The notes beneath the pieces are model-generated. The model was not told where the DNA came from, ran no database searches, and saw only the letters and a list, made by a program, of their open reading frames with translations. The position numbers and the translations under genes were made by a program. A DNA stretch of 64,000 nucleotides from the NCBI GenBank assembly GCA_963668025.2, contig CAXXTH010000022.1, forward strand, positions 128,001 through 192,000. Direction: 5' to 3'. Shown here piece after piece: positions 41,864 through 51,326 of this stretch (its first letter is position 1; every line of letters begins with the position of its first letter). The stretch is from Candidatus Hydrogenedentota bacterium (GTDB taxonomy: Bacteria; Hydrogenedentota; Hydrogenedentia; Hydrogenedentales; SLHB01).

Positions 41864-41926
41864 GGTTTGTTGATGAATTTCGGGGTATCCAAGCTAGAAT
41901 TTAAACGCTTAGTATGGGGCTATTAA
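41864..41926 (+). pseudogene. C-terminal remnant of a GxxExxY protein
   Basis: GLLMNFGVSKLEFKRLVWGY*, flanked by periodic repeats at 41820-41845 and 41946-41971. Confidence 0.6.
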
Positions 41927-41980
41927 CTGTATAAATATTGATATCATCTGTGTAATCAGCGTAATCCGTGGATAAAAATA

Positions 41981-42012
41981 AAACACGTGGCCTTGATAGA
42001 GGCCACGTGTTT
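41981..42012 (-). terminator. Hairpin terminator for the small antisense ORF
   Basis: AAACACGTGGCC-TTGATAGA-GGCCACGTGTTT, with an A-rich flank giving a T tract on the minus strand. Confidence 0.7.
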
Positions 42013-42039
42013 CAAAGGATTTTTGCGATGCGGACTAGA

Positions 42040-42159
42040 TTAGTCTTCGCAACCAACATCCGGCACCGTCAGCTCAAGGCCGAGGGTTTCGTTAAGAAAA
42101 CCGAAAACGACGTCCAGGATGTTTTGGACCATGCACAAAATGCTGTTCAGGAAATCCAT
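42040..42159 (-). CDS. 39-aa small protein MDFLNSILCMVQNILDVVFGFLNETLGLELTVPDVGCED
   Basis: AAGGGG RBS 7 nt upstream of ATG, TAA stop, its own terminator, amphipathic pattern. Confidence 0.65.
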   Translation of the reverse strand: MDFLNSILCMVQNILDVVFGFLNETLGLELTVPDVGCED

Positions 42160-42277
42160 GTCTTGTCCCCTTATAGGTTGGTTGAACACTAGTTGCTAAA
42201 CTACTAAACGAAAGCCATCAAAGTATACAGGCCAGGCAGGCAAACGTTACGCGCAAGCGGCGCGCAGGAGAAGGGCA

Positions 42278-43063
42278 TTGAACGTACGAGCACTCGTCCT
42301 CACGGGTTTTGGCATCAATTGCGACCGGGAAACACAATTCGCGCTTGCGCGCGCGGGCGCGGATGCGCAACGGCTTCATTTGAATGACCTCATCGAGAAG
42401 CCCGCGCTTCTGGCGGAATATCATATTCTCGCGGTTCCGGGTGGATTTTCCTTTGGAGATGATGTGGCGTCCGGCAAAATATTCGCCAACCGCCTCCGTT
42501 ACCGCCTGGGCGAGCCGCTCAAACAATTTGTGGCTGCGGGCAAGCTGGCCATCGGCATCTGCAACGGTTTTCAGGTGCTCGTCAAGATGGGCATGCTGCC
42601 TATGTTCGACGGCGAATTCCGCCAGGAAACGACGCTCACGCACAATGATTCCGGACGTTTCGAGGACCGGTGGGTATGCCTGAAGACCGATCCCGCCACG
42701 CGCTGCGTGTGGCTCAAGGGCATCAGCCAACTCGAATTGCCGGTGCGGCATGGCGAAGGGAAATTTATCCCAAAGGATGATGCCGTGCTCGAACGCTTGC
42801 GCGCGAATGGCCAAGTAGCACAGCGGTACGTGCATACGGACGGCACGCCCGCGCGGGGCGAATTCCCCGCCAATCCAAATGGAGCCGTGGACGACATCGC
42901 GGGCATCTGCGATCCTTCCGGGCGCATATTTGGCCTTATGCCCCACCCGGAGGCGTATGTGGATCGGACAAACCATCCAGCATGGACGCGCCTCGAATTG
43001 CCCGAGGAAGGCGCAGGCCTCCAAATCTTCCGAAACGCCGTGGAATATGCGGCATCATTGTGA
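42278..43063 (+). CDS. purQ: FGAM synthase glutaminase subunit
   Basis: PGGFSFGD, GICNGFQ, HGEG, NPNG, MPHPE. Confidence 0.95.
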   Translation: MNVRALVLTGFGINCDRETQFALARAGADAQRLHLNDLIEKPALLAEYHILAVPGGFSFGDDVASGKIFANRLRYRLGEPLKQFVAAGKLAIGICNGFQVLVKMGMLPMFDGEFRQETTLTHNDSGRFEDRWVCLKTDPATRCVWLKGISQLELPVRHGEGKFIPKDDAVLERLRANGQVAQRYVHTDGTPARGEFPANPNGAVDDIAGICDPSGRIFGLMPHPEAYVDRTNHPAWTRLELPEEGAGLQIFRNAVEYAASL

Positions 43064-43090
43064 TGAATATCTATCACATCATTGGTATGA

Positions 43091-43183
43091 CCCTACCGGG
43101 CATTTTCTAGGGATTTGCTTACCCCCAGGGACGCCCTTGCCCTAAGGGCGGCCCTAGGCTGTTTTGGGCTGTCCCTTCGGGAC
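43091..43183. repeat. Compound hairpin element between convergent purQ and valS
   Basis: CCCAGGG-ACGCCCTT..AAGGGCGG-CCCTAGG plus GTCCCTTCGGGAC. Confidence 0.5.
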
Positions 43184-43264
43184 ACATATCAATGTGCTAT
43201 TGTTGTAAAAAAACGACTTTTAGCAGATTTTCCTGGCGTTGATGCTCTGCTATGAAAATACCGA

Positions 43265-45850
43265 TTACAGAGACACAATAACTGCCGCCAATCCCGTTTC
43301 CGGCTCCCCTTCCTGCAACTCCACTTTTTCGATTTGCAGCATGCGCCGCACATCGTCAAACACGGCATCCAGGGCTTTCAACGTATCGGCTTTTGCCGCC
43401 ACCTGGATGGAGGGCACGGGGGCTTTCATGCTCAGATTGGCTTCGGCTTTCGCCTTGCGGACGGCTTCGATGACGGCCACAGCGGCGGGATACGCCTGTT
43501 CATGGACGGGCCTCGGGATATCGGCCAGTTCGTCCAAGCTGGGCCATGGGCTTTTATGCACCGATTCGGCCATGCCTTCGTCTTCGCTATAACACCAATG
43601 CCATACGCCATCCGTCAGATAGGGCATGAAGGGCGCGAACAGGCGCACAAGCGCGCGGTGAAGCAGCCGCAAAGTCGTGCAGGCGGAAAGGCGGCCTTCC
43701 GTCAATTCTTCTTCGTAGGTGCGGGCCTTCGCCAATTCAAGATAGTTGTCACAGAAGGTTTGCCAGAAAAATTCTTCGGCCACTTGAAGCGCCTGGGCGT
43801 AATCGAAGGCATCGAAGGCCGCCGTAGCGCGCTGGATGACGGGGCGCAGCTCTTGAATCACCGCACGGTCTAATTCCGTGAACACATTATCGGGCGTAAG
43901 AAGCGCAGCATCGATGTCCGCGAACCGCCCCACGGCGAATTTACTGGCGTTGAAGAGCTTGGTCGAGAGGCGCTTGCCGACCTTGAATATCTGTTCATCG
44001 TATGCCGTATCGACGCCGAGCCGCGCCCGGGCGGCCCAATAGCGGACGCCATCCGCGCCGAATTCGTCGATAAGCGGCTCGGGCGTCACGACGTTGCCCT
44101 GGCTCTTCGACATTTTCTTGCGGTCGGGATCCAAGATCCAGCCGCTGATCACCACATTCTTCCAGGGAATAGCGCCTTCGTGCAGATAGGCCTTCGCGAT
44201 GGTGTAGAACGCCCAGGTGCGGATGATCTCGTGGCTTTGGGGCCGGATATCCATCGGGAACAAGCGGGCGTGGCGCGCCTTGTCCTCCGCCCAGCGTGTG
44301 GCGATCTGCGGCGTGAGCGAACTGGTGGCCCAAGTATCGAGCACATCGGGATCGCCCGTAAAGCCGCCCGGCTGATCACGCTGGTCTTCCGTATATCCGT
44401 GCGGCGCCTTATCGAGCGGGTCCACTGGAAGTTGTTCGGGACGCGGCACGATGGGGCGTTCATATTCGATATGGCCGTCGGCGTTGATGGGATACCACAC
44501 GGGAATGGGTACGCCGAAAAAGCGCTGGCGGCTCAGGCACCAATCCTGATTGAGCCCCTCGACCCATCGTTCGTAGCGGATGCCCATATGTTCGGGATGC
44601 CATTGAATTTTTTGGCCCTGTGCAAGCAGAGCATCTTGGTGTTCGAGGATGCGGCAATACCATTGGCGTGTGGGCACCAGTTCGAGGGGGCGGTCGCCTT
44701 TCTCGAAGAAGCGCACGGCATGGGTAATCTCTTGTTTAGGCCGGTCCACCAGGCCTTCACACAATTCCGCAAGCTCCATGATGCGGTTCTTAGCTTGCTT
44801 AATGGTAAGGCCTTCGAGCTGGCCATACACCTCGTTGGCGGCATCGGGATTGAGGCTGTCCCAGCCCGGTTTGCCGAATGTCGTTGGCATGAGGCGGCCA
44901 TCGCGCCCGATGATTTGGCGCAACGGCAATTCGTAGCGCCGCCACCACTCGACGTCCGTCTGATCGCCGAAGGTGCAGACCATCACGACACCCGTGCCCT
45001 TTTCAGGGTCCGCATGCGGATCGGCCATGATCGGCACAGGCGCCTGGAACAACGGTGTTACGGCGCGTTTGCCGATGAAGGCGCGGTAGCGTTCGTCATC
45101 AGGATGGACCAGCACCGCCACGCAGGCGGCAAGGAGTTCGGGGCGCGTCGTGGCGATCACCAAATAGTCGGAAGCGCCTTCGATGCCGAATCGGAGGAAA
45201 TGGTATGCCCCCGCAACATCCTTATCCACGACTTCCGCCTGGGCGATAGCGGTGCGATAATCGATATCCCACATAACGGGCCGTTCGGCCTGATAGATCT
45301 CCCCCTTTTCCAGCAGCTCCAGGAAGCTTATTTGGGAGGTGCGGCGGCAATGCTCGTCGATGGTGGCGTACTCGAGGGTCCAGTCATACGACATGCCCAG
45401 CCGGGTCCATAAGCGGCGGAAGGCGGCTTCATCTTCCACGGTCAGTTCATTGCACAACGCAATAAAATTGCTGCGGCTTACCGGTTTCGGGTCGCCTTTC
45501 GCGCCGCGAACGGCGGAAAAAGAGGGGTCATAATGCAGATGCGGTTCGCAGCGCACATTGAAGACATTCTGCACGCGCCGCTCGGTAGGCAAACCGTTAT
45601 CATCCCAGCCGATGGGAAAGAAGATGTTCTTCCCGCGCATGCGCTGGTAGCGCACGATAAAATCCTGGTGGGAGTAGCTGAAGAGGTGCCCTACGTGGAG
45701 GGAACCGCTAACCGTGGGCGGCGGGGTATCCACGGCGAAAGTCTCTTCGCGGCCGCGTGAAGGGTTCCAAGCATAGAGCTTTGTCTGCTCCCATTCCTGC
45801 ATCCAATACTCTTCAATGGCATGCACATCATATTTATCCGGCAATTTCAT
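43265..45850 (-). CDS. valS: Valine--tRNA ligase, short (archaeal/actinobacterial-like) type
   Basis: DTPPPTVSG.LHVGH, GWDDNGLPTER, DWCLSRQR, KMSKS; no C-terminal coiled coil. Confidence 0.93.
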   Translation of the reverse strand: MKLPDKYDVHAIEEYWMQEWEQTKLYAWNPSRGREETFAVDTPPPTVSGSLHVGHLFSYSHQDFIVRYQRMRGKNIFFPIGWDDNGLPTERRVQNVFNVRCEPHLHYDPSFSAVRGAKGDPKPVSRSNFIALCNELTVEDEAAFRRLWTRLGMSYDWTLEYATIDEHCRRTSQISFLELLEKGEIYQAERPVMWDIDYRTAIAQAEVVDKDVAGAYHFLRFGIEGASDYLVIATTRPELLAACVAVLVHPDDERYRAFIGKRAVTPLFQAPVPIMADPHADPEKGTGVVMVCTFGDQTDVEWWRRYELPLRQIIGRDGRLMPTTFGKPGWDSLNPDAANEVYGQLEGLTIKQAKNRIMELAELCEGLVDRPKQEITHAVRFFEKGDRPLELVPTRQWYCRILEHQDALLAQGQKIQWHPEHMGIRYERWVEGLNQDWCLSRQRFFGVPIPVWYPINADGHIEYERPIVPRPEQLPVDPLDKAPHGYTEDQRDQPGGFTGDPDVLDTWATSSLTPQIATRWAEDKARHARLFPMDIRPQSHEIIRTWAFYTIAKAYLHEGAIPWKNVVISGWILDPDRKKMSKSQGNVVTPEPLIDEFGADGVRYWAARARLGVDTAYDEQIFKVGKRLSTKLFNASKFAVGRFADIDAALLTPDNVFTELDRAVIQELRPVIQRATAAFDAFDYAQALQVAEEFFWQTFCDNYLELAKARTYEEELTEGRLSACTTLRLLHRALVRLFAPFMPYLTDGVWHWCYSEDEGMAESVHKSPWPSLDELADIPRPVHEQAYPAAVAVIEAVRKAKAEANLSMKAPVPSIQVAAKADTLKALDAVFDDVRRMLQIEKVELQEGEPETGLAAVIVSL

Positions 45851-45935
45851 AACTCACTCCTGCGAAGGGCTTTGTAAAGAAAATTCGCCAGCGGCGCGCG
45901 GAAATGCTCCGCCCCGGCAAATTCAATGCGCTGCG

Positions 45936-46574
45936 TTACATACTGAGTCCAGCGAATGAAAGCACTGGGTCTATAAACACACTAAATGCTATTTTAAAAA
46001 CTGGTTTGGCCGCGAATATGGCGATGATAATACCGAATGGCCCAATGCGTTCGAGTATTTGCTGGCCACTCGGCGGCAGAAAATAATACAGCACATGGTG
46101 GCCATCCAGTGGTGGAACAGGAATAATATTGAACACCGCCAGCACCAGATTAATCACGATCATATAGTATAAAAAAAAGCCGAGGAGGAAAGGGAGCTCT
46201 ATAGTCCCTATTGTCACGATGAGGATCCGGCTGATAAATACGAACAAAAATGCGAGCAAAAGATTGGAAACAGGGCCCGCGATAGCAATGAATACGGGAT
46301 CACGGCGTATATCGTGCAAGTTTCGGGGATTGAATGGAACGGGTTTTGCCCAGCCAAACAGGAAAGGCAGATGAGAAAACATCATAAGCAGCGGCATGAG
46401 CACGGTGCCGATGGGGTCAATGTGCGCTAATGGATTCAGCGTGGCCCGGCCTAAAAGACGGGCGGATGGATCTCCGCATCGATCCGCCATAGCCGCATGG
46501 GCCGCTTCATGTATGCTGAGCGAAAATAAAAAGCAAACATAGCCGACAATCATCATGGGCAAATCGGATGCCAC
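45936..46574 (-). CDS. Site-2 protease (peptidase M50)
   Basis: HEAAH, AGPVSN, NIIPVPPLDG. Confidence 0.93.
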   Translation of the reverse strand: MASDLPMMIVGYVCFLFSLSIHEAAHAAMADRCGDPSARLLGRATLNPLAHIDPIGTVLMPLLMMFSHLPFLFGWAKPVPFNPRNLHDIRRDPVFIAIAGPVSNLLLAFLFVFISRILIVTIGTIELPFLLGFFLYYMIVINLVLAVFNIIPVPPLDGHHVLYYFLPPSGQQILERIGPFGIIIAIFAAKPVFKIAFSVFIDPVLSFAGLSM

Positions 46575-46628
46575 GGTTAATCCCCTTCTGTTAATAGAAC
46601 TCCGTACTATACGAGATCACAAGACCGC

Positions 46629-46660
46629 CAGTCAAAAACGAGGGCAGTCAAAAACGAGGG
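46629..46660. repeat. Perfect 16-bp tandem duplication
   Basis: CAGTCAAAAACGAGGG x2. Confidence 0.85.
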
Positions 46661-46819
46661 CTTGGGTAAGAAGCTTAAGAAACGGCAATGAGATAACACC
46701 CATTTGTGGAATGGCTTGCAAAGGTTTCTGGGAACTCCTATAATAACAATCGCCCAGCGAGAGAAGAAGGTGAAACATGTGTGCCGAAAGTATCTAAGCG
46801 CCTTGAAGGAGACGGCCCC

Positions 46820-47152
46820 GTGACAATGACGAAACGCGAGCTCGTGATTCGAGTAGCGAATAAGTTAGGCATGACACAAAGCGATGTAGCGAAGATCGTG
46901 GAAGGCATTTTCGAGACCATTTCGCGTTCGCTGGCTGCGGGCGAGCGGTGGGAATTGCGTGATTTCGGCGTCTTCGAGGTCAAAACACGCGCTTCACGTA
47001 TCGGCCGCAATCCCCGCACGGGAGATCAGGTTCCCGTGCCTGAACGCAAAGTGGTGACTTTCCGGCCAGGTAAAAAGATGAAGGAACTTATTTCCGATAA
47101 TACCATTGGCGTTTCTGTATCTTCCGAAGAGACGGCATCCGCCATAGAGTAA
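46820..47152 (+). CDS. HU/IHF family DNA-binding protein
   Basis: MTKRELV, FGVF, GRNPRTG, FRPGK; AAGGAG RBS. Confidence 0.93.
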   Translation: MTMTKRELVIRVANKLGMTQSDVAKIVEGIFETISRSLAAGERWELRDFGVFEVKTRASRIGRNPRTGDQVPVPERKVVTFRPGKKMKELISDNTIGVSVSSEETASAIE

Positions 47153-47203
47153 TGAATCCGATTTTTTGAAACTGTAATTATAGCATTGTCAATTACTTAC
47201 AAA

Positions 47204-47236
47204 CGCTAGGGGCGGTTAGGCAACCGCCCCTAGCGT
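47204..47236. terminator. Hairpin between the HU gene and tsaB
   Basis: ACGCTAGGGGCGGTT / AACCGCCCCTAGCGT inverted repeat. Confidence 0.6.
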
Positions 47237-47279
47237 GTCTCATAACCTACCTCTCTCATTTTTGGGATGGCTGAATCTC

Positions 47280-48005
47280 ATGATGATACTTGCAGCCGAT
47301 ACGGGAACATCCATTCTGGGTGTGGCCGTGTGCGACGAAAACCGCATACTCGCGGAGACCACGGTCTTTTGCGGGCGGGCGCATTCGGAGCGTTTTTTGG
47401 AAACCATGGATTGGGTGCTGCGCGAGAGTGGGGCAACGCTCGGCGATATCGATTTGCTGGCGATTGGCATTGGACCAGGTTCATTCACGGGACTGCGCGT
47501 TGGGGCCGCCGCGATGAAGGGCTTGGCACTCGGCTATTCTTTGCCTCTCATGGGCGTGCCGTCTTTGGACGCCATGGCCCGCCTTGCGGTTTTCGGAAAT
47601 GCTACGGTGATGCCGCTCCTCGATGCTAAAATGAGCGAGGTTTTTGGCGCTATCTATACGTTTAACAACGGTATCCGCACCAAGCACACACCGGATATGG
47701 TTTGCCCGATCGAGAAACTGCTTGGCCAGCTTGATGCAATCGAATCTCATGGCGGGGTGTATGTTCTTGGAGATGGGGCCACGCGTTACGCCGAGGCCAT
47801 TCGTACGCGTGTGCCAGAGGCCGTTTTTTTACCCCCTCCCTGCAACATTCCTCGCGCATCGGCCATTGCATATGAAGCCGCGGAACGGCTGGCCGCCGGA
47901 GCGCCAGCGGATGCCGCATCGGTGGCGCCTGTTTATTTGAGGAAATCCCAAGCGGAAGAGGCGCGTGAAGCCCATGCCAGATCAGGCTCAAAAGCCACGC
48001 ATTAA
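47280..48005 (+). CDS. tsaB: tRNA threonylcarbamoyladenosine biosynthesis protein TsaB
   Basis: ILAADT, HSE, GPGSFTGLRVG, DAK..EV, PVYLR. Confidence 0.95.
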   Translation: MMILAADTGTSILGVAVCDENRILAETTVFCGRAHSERFLETMDWVLRESGATLGDIDLLAIGIGPGSFTGLRVGAAAMKGLALGYSLPLMGVPSLDAMARLAVFGNATVMPLLDAKMSEVFGAIYTFNNGIRTKHTPDMVCPIEKLLGQLDAIESHGGVYVLGDGATRYAEAIRTRVPEAVFLPPPCNIPRASAIAYEAAERLAAGAPADAASVAPVYLRKSQAEEAREAHARSGSKATH

Positions 48006-48483
48006 GGCGGAAAACGCCTCATTCGTGCGCCTGGCCGAGGAACACATTGGCGGCATACTCGCCATTGAGGCCGAGGCTTATCCTGAAGCATGGTCGGAAC
48101 AGATGTTCCAAGACGAGATATGCCACCCGCACTCCCATTTTTATGTCATGATGCTGGATGGGCAAATCGTAGGATATGGCGGTTTTTGGCTGGTGCTGGA
48201 TGAGGCGCACATCACAAGCATAACCGTCCGCCAGGATTACCGCGGGAAAGGGCTGGGCCGCATACTCCTGGCTTACCTGCTCAATTTATCCGAAAAGCTG
48301 GGGGCGGTCATGGCGGCGCTTGAAGTGCGCATGTCTAATGTCATCGCGCAAAATCTCTACGGTAGTGAAGGCTTCGAACCCATTGGAATACGGCGTAAAT
48401 ATTACGCCAAAACGGGTGAGGACGCCATGGTCATGGTTTTGCAGTATGAAAAGCGCCCTGGCCGGCAGCCTAGTGGAAAATAA
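47974..48483 (+). CDS. rimI: Ribosomal-protein-alanine N-acetyltransferase
   Basis: RGKGLG, LEVR.SN, LY, R.KYY..EDA; follows tsaB. Confidence 0.9.
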   Translation: MPDQAQKPRIKAENASFVRLAEEHIGGILAIEAEAYPEAWSEQMFQDEICHPHSHFYVMMLDGQIVGYGGFWLVLDEAHITSITVRQDYRGKGLGRILLAYLLNLSEKLGAVMAALEVRMSNVIAQNLYGSEGFEPIGIRRKYYAKTGEDAMVMVLQYEKRPGRQPSGK

Positions 48484-50375
48484 ATCGAGTAGGGGGGTTC
48501 CTCACGGTCCCCCCCTCTCACACCACCGGGCATACCTGCTCGGTACCACGGCGGTTTCGGTCATTTTTGAACGTTTCGTACCGTTGAACCGGGTCTATCA
48601 GTTTTTGTTTCGCGAACCATTGTTTGTCCATGGCGTGTTGCGCGGGAGGACTCCCCGCTTTGCGCCACCAGCCCTTCCCGGACCCTGCGAGTATCCATGC
48701 CTGAAATTGCGGCACGCCTAGTTTTCTAAGGAAGTCCGCTATGGTTTTCGTGCGCTTGAGGCGTTTGAGGATGACGCAGCGCAGTTTGCGCCGCATCCAT
48801 TCCCCGAGGCGTTCCAGATGGCCCTTTGCTTCGGCAAACCGATAGTAGGTTATCCAGCCGCTCAGGAAGCTGTTGAGCTCCTCAATCATCTGGCGCACTT
48901 TGGCGTCGCCGCGGTTGCGTCGCGTGATGTCGCGGATGCGGTCTTTCGCCCGGTCGAGGCTCTTGGGCGCGATGCCCAATCGCCCCCCACCCAGCAAGCG
49001 ATAACCCAAAAATTTCCGCTCTCCCACGAACGCCACCGCGCTCTTCTCGCGGTTCACCCGTAGTTTCAGCTTCCCCTCAAGGAACTGCGTGACCGATGTC
49101 AGGACACGTTCTCCCGCGCGTATCGTCTGCACGTAAATGTTGCAGTCGTCCGCATAGCGGCAAAAACGATGCCCTCGTTTCTCCAACTCCTTGTCCAGGT
49201 CGTCCAAGAGCAGGTTGGCCAGCAGCGGCGATAGAGGACCGCCTTGCGGGGTCCCTTCGTATCGTTCGATGCATACGCCGTTCTGCATCATGCCGACTTC
49301 AAGAAACCAGCGGATGAGTCGGAGTACGCGTTTGTCTGACACGTGCCGCGCCACGCGCGCCATCAGGATGTCGTGGTTGACCCGGTCGAAGAATTTTTCC
49401 AGGTCCATGTCCACAACAATGCAGCGGCCTTCGCTTACGTACGTGCTGGCTTGCCGCAGCGCCTGATGTGCATTGTGCCTTGGACGAAATCCATAACTGC
49501 TTTCCGAGAAGGCCGGGTCTAGAAGCGGTTCGAGAGCCTGCAAGAGCGCTTGTTGCACGACTCGGTCCACCACCGTCGGAATGCCCAGTTGCCGCATCCC
49601 CCCGCCCGGCTTGGGGATTTGCACTCCCAACACCGGTTGGGGACGGTAGCGCCCTGCCGTCAGTTCCTCTTGCAGTCCCCGCCAGTGTTCCGGAAACCAA
49701 CGCTTCAGGTCGCGTACGCTCATGCCGTCCGCACCCGCCGCGCCTTTGTTCCGTTGCACCCGGCGTACCGCTTCCGTCAGGTTCGCAAGACTCGCGACCC
49801 GTTCCATCAAGTCTTGCGTCAAGGCTCGCCTCTTGTTCGCCGCCGGGGATAGTTGCCGCGCCTCGAACGCATCCGATTCGGTTCCGCCTTCTCCGATTGC
49901 GCCGTGGCAAGCCGACTCCAGTGGGAACTCCATCTGGCAACCTGCTACTTCCTGCCGCTCCCTATCCCACGAGACGTTCAATGCTGCTCCTTGAATGATC
50001 GATTCGGCCCTTCCCCTTGCGGGTATTATGGCCTCGGCTGACTCCTGCCCACCCCTCGCGACATGTTGCCATCCCGCTAGTCTGGCTCTTCCAGACAGAT
50101 GAACAGGTCTCCCAAGGTAAGACGCGCCTCTTTCCGCCGGGCCTCGCCGGATTTACCAAGGTGTGTCCGAATGGTTATTGGGCGTCGCCATCCATTGCTG
50201 GCTTGCCCCGCCACCCCGGCCTTCTATCCGGTTTCTGTGCGTCGAGTCCGACTTTTGCCTCCTGCTTCCTCCAGACCCCGCCTCGCGGCGACGCCCTTGC
50301 TCTTGGCTAGCAATTCCCACCATCAGGGCTTGCAGGGGACTTACACCCCTTAGATCCGCGCCATGCTTGGCACAC
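48484..50375 (-). mobile_element. Complete group IIC intron (about 1.9 kb)
   Basis: 5' end GTGTGCCAAGCATGG at 50375; DV with CGC triad (AACCGCCGTGGTACC..GGTATGCCCGGTGGT); DVI ending CTACTCGAT at 48484; inserted just after a terminator hairpin. Confidence 0.9.
48518..49981 (-). CDS. ltrA: Group II intron reverse transcriptase/maturase (no endonuclease domain); start uncertain
   Basis: NKGAAG.DG, IPKPGGG.RQLGIP, GTPQGGPLSP, YADD, FLGY, GW..YY. Confidence 0.95.
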   Translation of the reverse strand: MNVSWDRERQEVAGCQMEFPLESACHGAIGEGGTESDAFEARQLSPAANKRRALTQDLMERVASLANLTEAVRRVQRNKGAAGADGMSVRDLKRWFPEHWRGLQEELTAGRYRPQPVLGVQIPKPGGGMRQLGIPTVVDRVVQQALLQALEPLLDPAFSESSYGFRPRHNAHQALRQASTYVSEGRCIVVDMDLEKFFDRVNHDILMARVARHVSDKRVLRLIRWFLEVGMMQNGVCIERYEGTPQGGPLSPLLANLLLDDLDKELEKRGHRFCRYADDCNIYVQTIRAGERVLTSVTQFLEGKLKLRVNREKSAVAFVGERKFLGYRLLGGGRLGIAPKSLDRAKDRIRDITRRNRGDAKVRQMIEELNSFLSGWITYYRFAEAKGHLERLGEWMRRKLRCVILKRLKRTKTIADFLRKLGVPQFQAWILAGSGKGWWRKAGSPPAQHAMDKQWFAKQKLIDPVQRYETFKNDRNRRGTEQVCPVV

Positions 50376-50420
50376 AAAGAAGCAGCCGAAGGCGCTTAAA
50401 AAAGCAGCCCTCGGCTGAAA
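50376..50420 (-). terminator. Intrinsic terminator of the ferritin gene (intron target)
   Basis: Minus strand CAGCCGAGGGC..GCCTTCGGCTG-CTTCTTT directly before the intron GTGTG. Confidence 0.75.
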
Positions 50421-50437
50421 CACGTATTGATATCGGT

Positions 50438-50950
50438 TTACTCTGAAGAGGAAGAAGCGCTTGCTTGGCGCTGTCCAAGCTGGCGGTCCATCATGAACAT
50501 CCCGCCTGGCGCATCTTTCACCATATTCAAATCATGCACCAGCTTCGATGCATTCGCTTCTTCTTCGACTTGCTCCGTCACGAACCATTGCAGAAACATT
50601 TCCGTGGCATAATCCTTTTCGCCACGGGCAAGCTCAACCAGATTATGGATACAGCTTGTGACGTATTTTTCATGTTTGAGCGTTGCTTCAAACACGGCCA
50701 AGGGAGATGCAAATTTCGCTTCTGGCTTGGCAATAGCTTCAAATTCCACGCATGAGCCCGAGCTGACCGCATACCGGTAAAATTTGACCGCATGCCCCAT
50801 CTCTTCTTGGGCCTGGATTTCCATCCAATGGGCGAATCCTGCAAAGCTCTCCGCCTCAAAATAGGCCGCCATGGACCAATAGAGATATGCGGAATACAAC
50901 TCCGCATTTAGTTGCTTGTTCAAGGCTTCCGCCATTTGTTTACTGGCCAT
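50438..50950 (-). CDS. ftnA: Non-heme ferritin
   Basis: Q.NAELYSAYLY, EE..H, HE, FLQWFV.EQVEEE. Confidence 0.92.
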   Translation of the reverse strand: MASKQMAEALNKQLNAELYSAYLYWSMAAYFEAESFAGFAHWMEIQAQEEMGHAVKFYRYAVSSGSCVEFEAIAKPEAKFASPLAVFEATLKHEKYVTSCIHNLVELARGEKDYATEMFLQWFVTEQVEEEANASKLVHDLNMVKDAPGGMFMMDRQLGQRQASASSSSE

Positions 50951-51258
50951 ACTCTATCCTTTCATCCGCCAAATACTGGCAATCAGGCATACTCAGCCTA
51001 CGACAGTTTCCCGCCTCCGCCTTTAGTCAATACGAGCAAGAGCTCTTCCCAAACCGGCAGGGTTTCCGCAGTACGGGGCTGTTTTGAGATTTTGCGTGTA
51101 TGCTTCATTTGGCAATTCCTCCAAGTTTTTTGACTCATGTACCCATAAGCCTCACCCACTGACGATCATTTCAGCGCCATGAGAAGCTCTGTAACGGCGT
51201 AAAACTATCACAAGGCTTGCTGGCAAAGCAAGAATATGCGATCTTAATAAACGTTAAT

Positions 51259-51278
51259 GGCCCCTGAAAGGGGCCTTT
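51259..51278. terminator. Short hairpin at the end of the glycan locus
   Basis: GGCCCC-TGAAA-GGGGCC. Confidence 0.45.
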
Positions 51279-51326
51279 AACTGGTGAATTCATTATAGAA
51301 CCCTGCGGCAGTAGTCCTCGAGATGT

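Noticed and set aside
48518-49981. RT as a retron, DGR or defence RT
   Set aside because: It has group II intron RT/X motifs inside clear intron ends; no template/variable repeat pair or msr-msd was seen.
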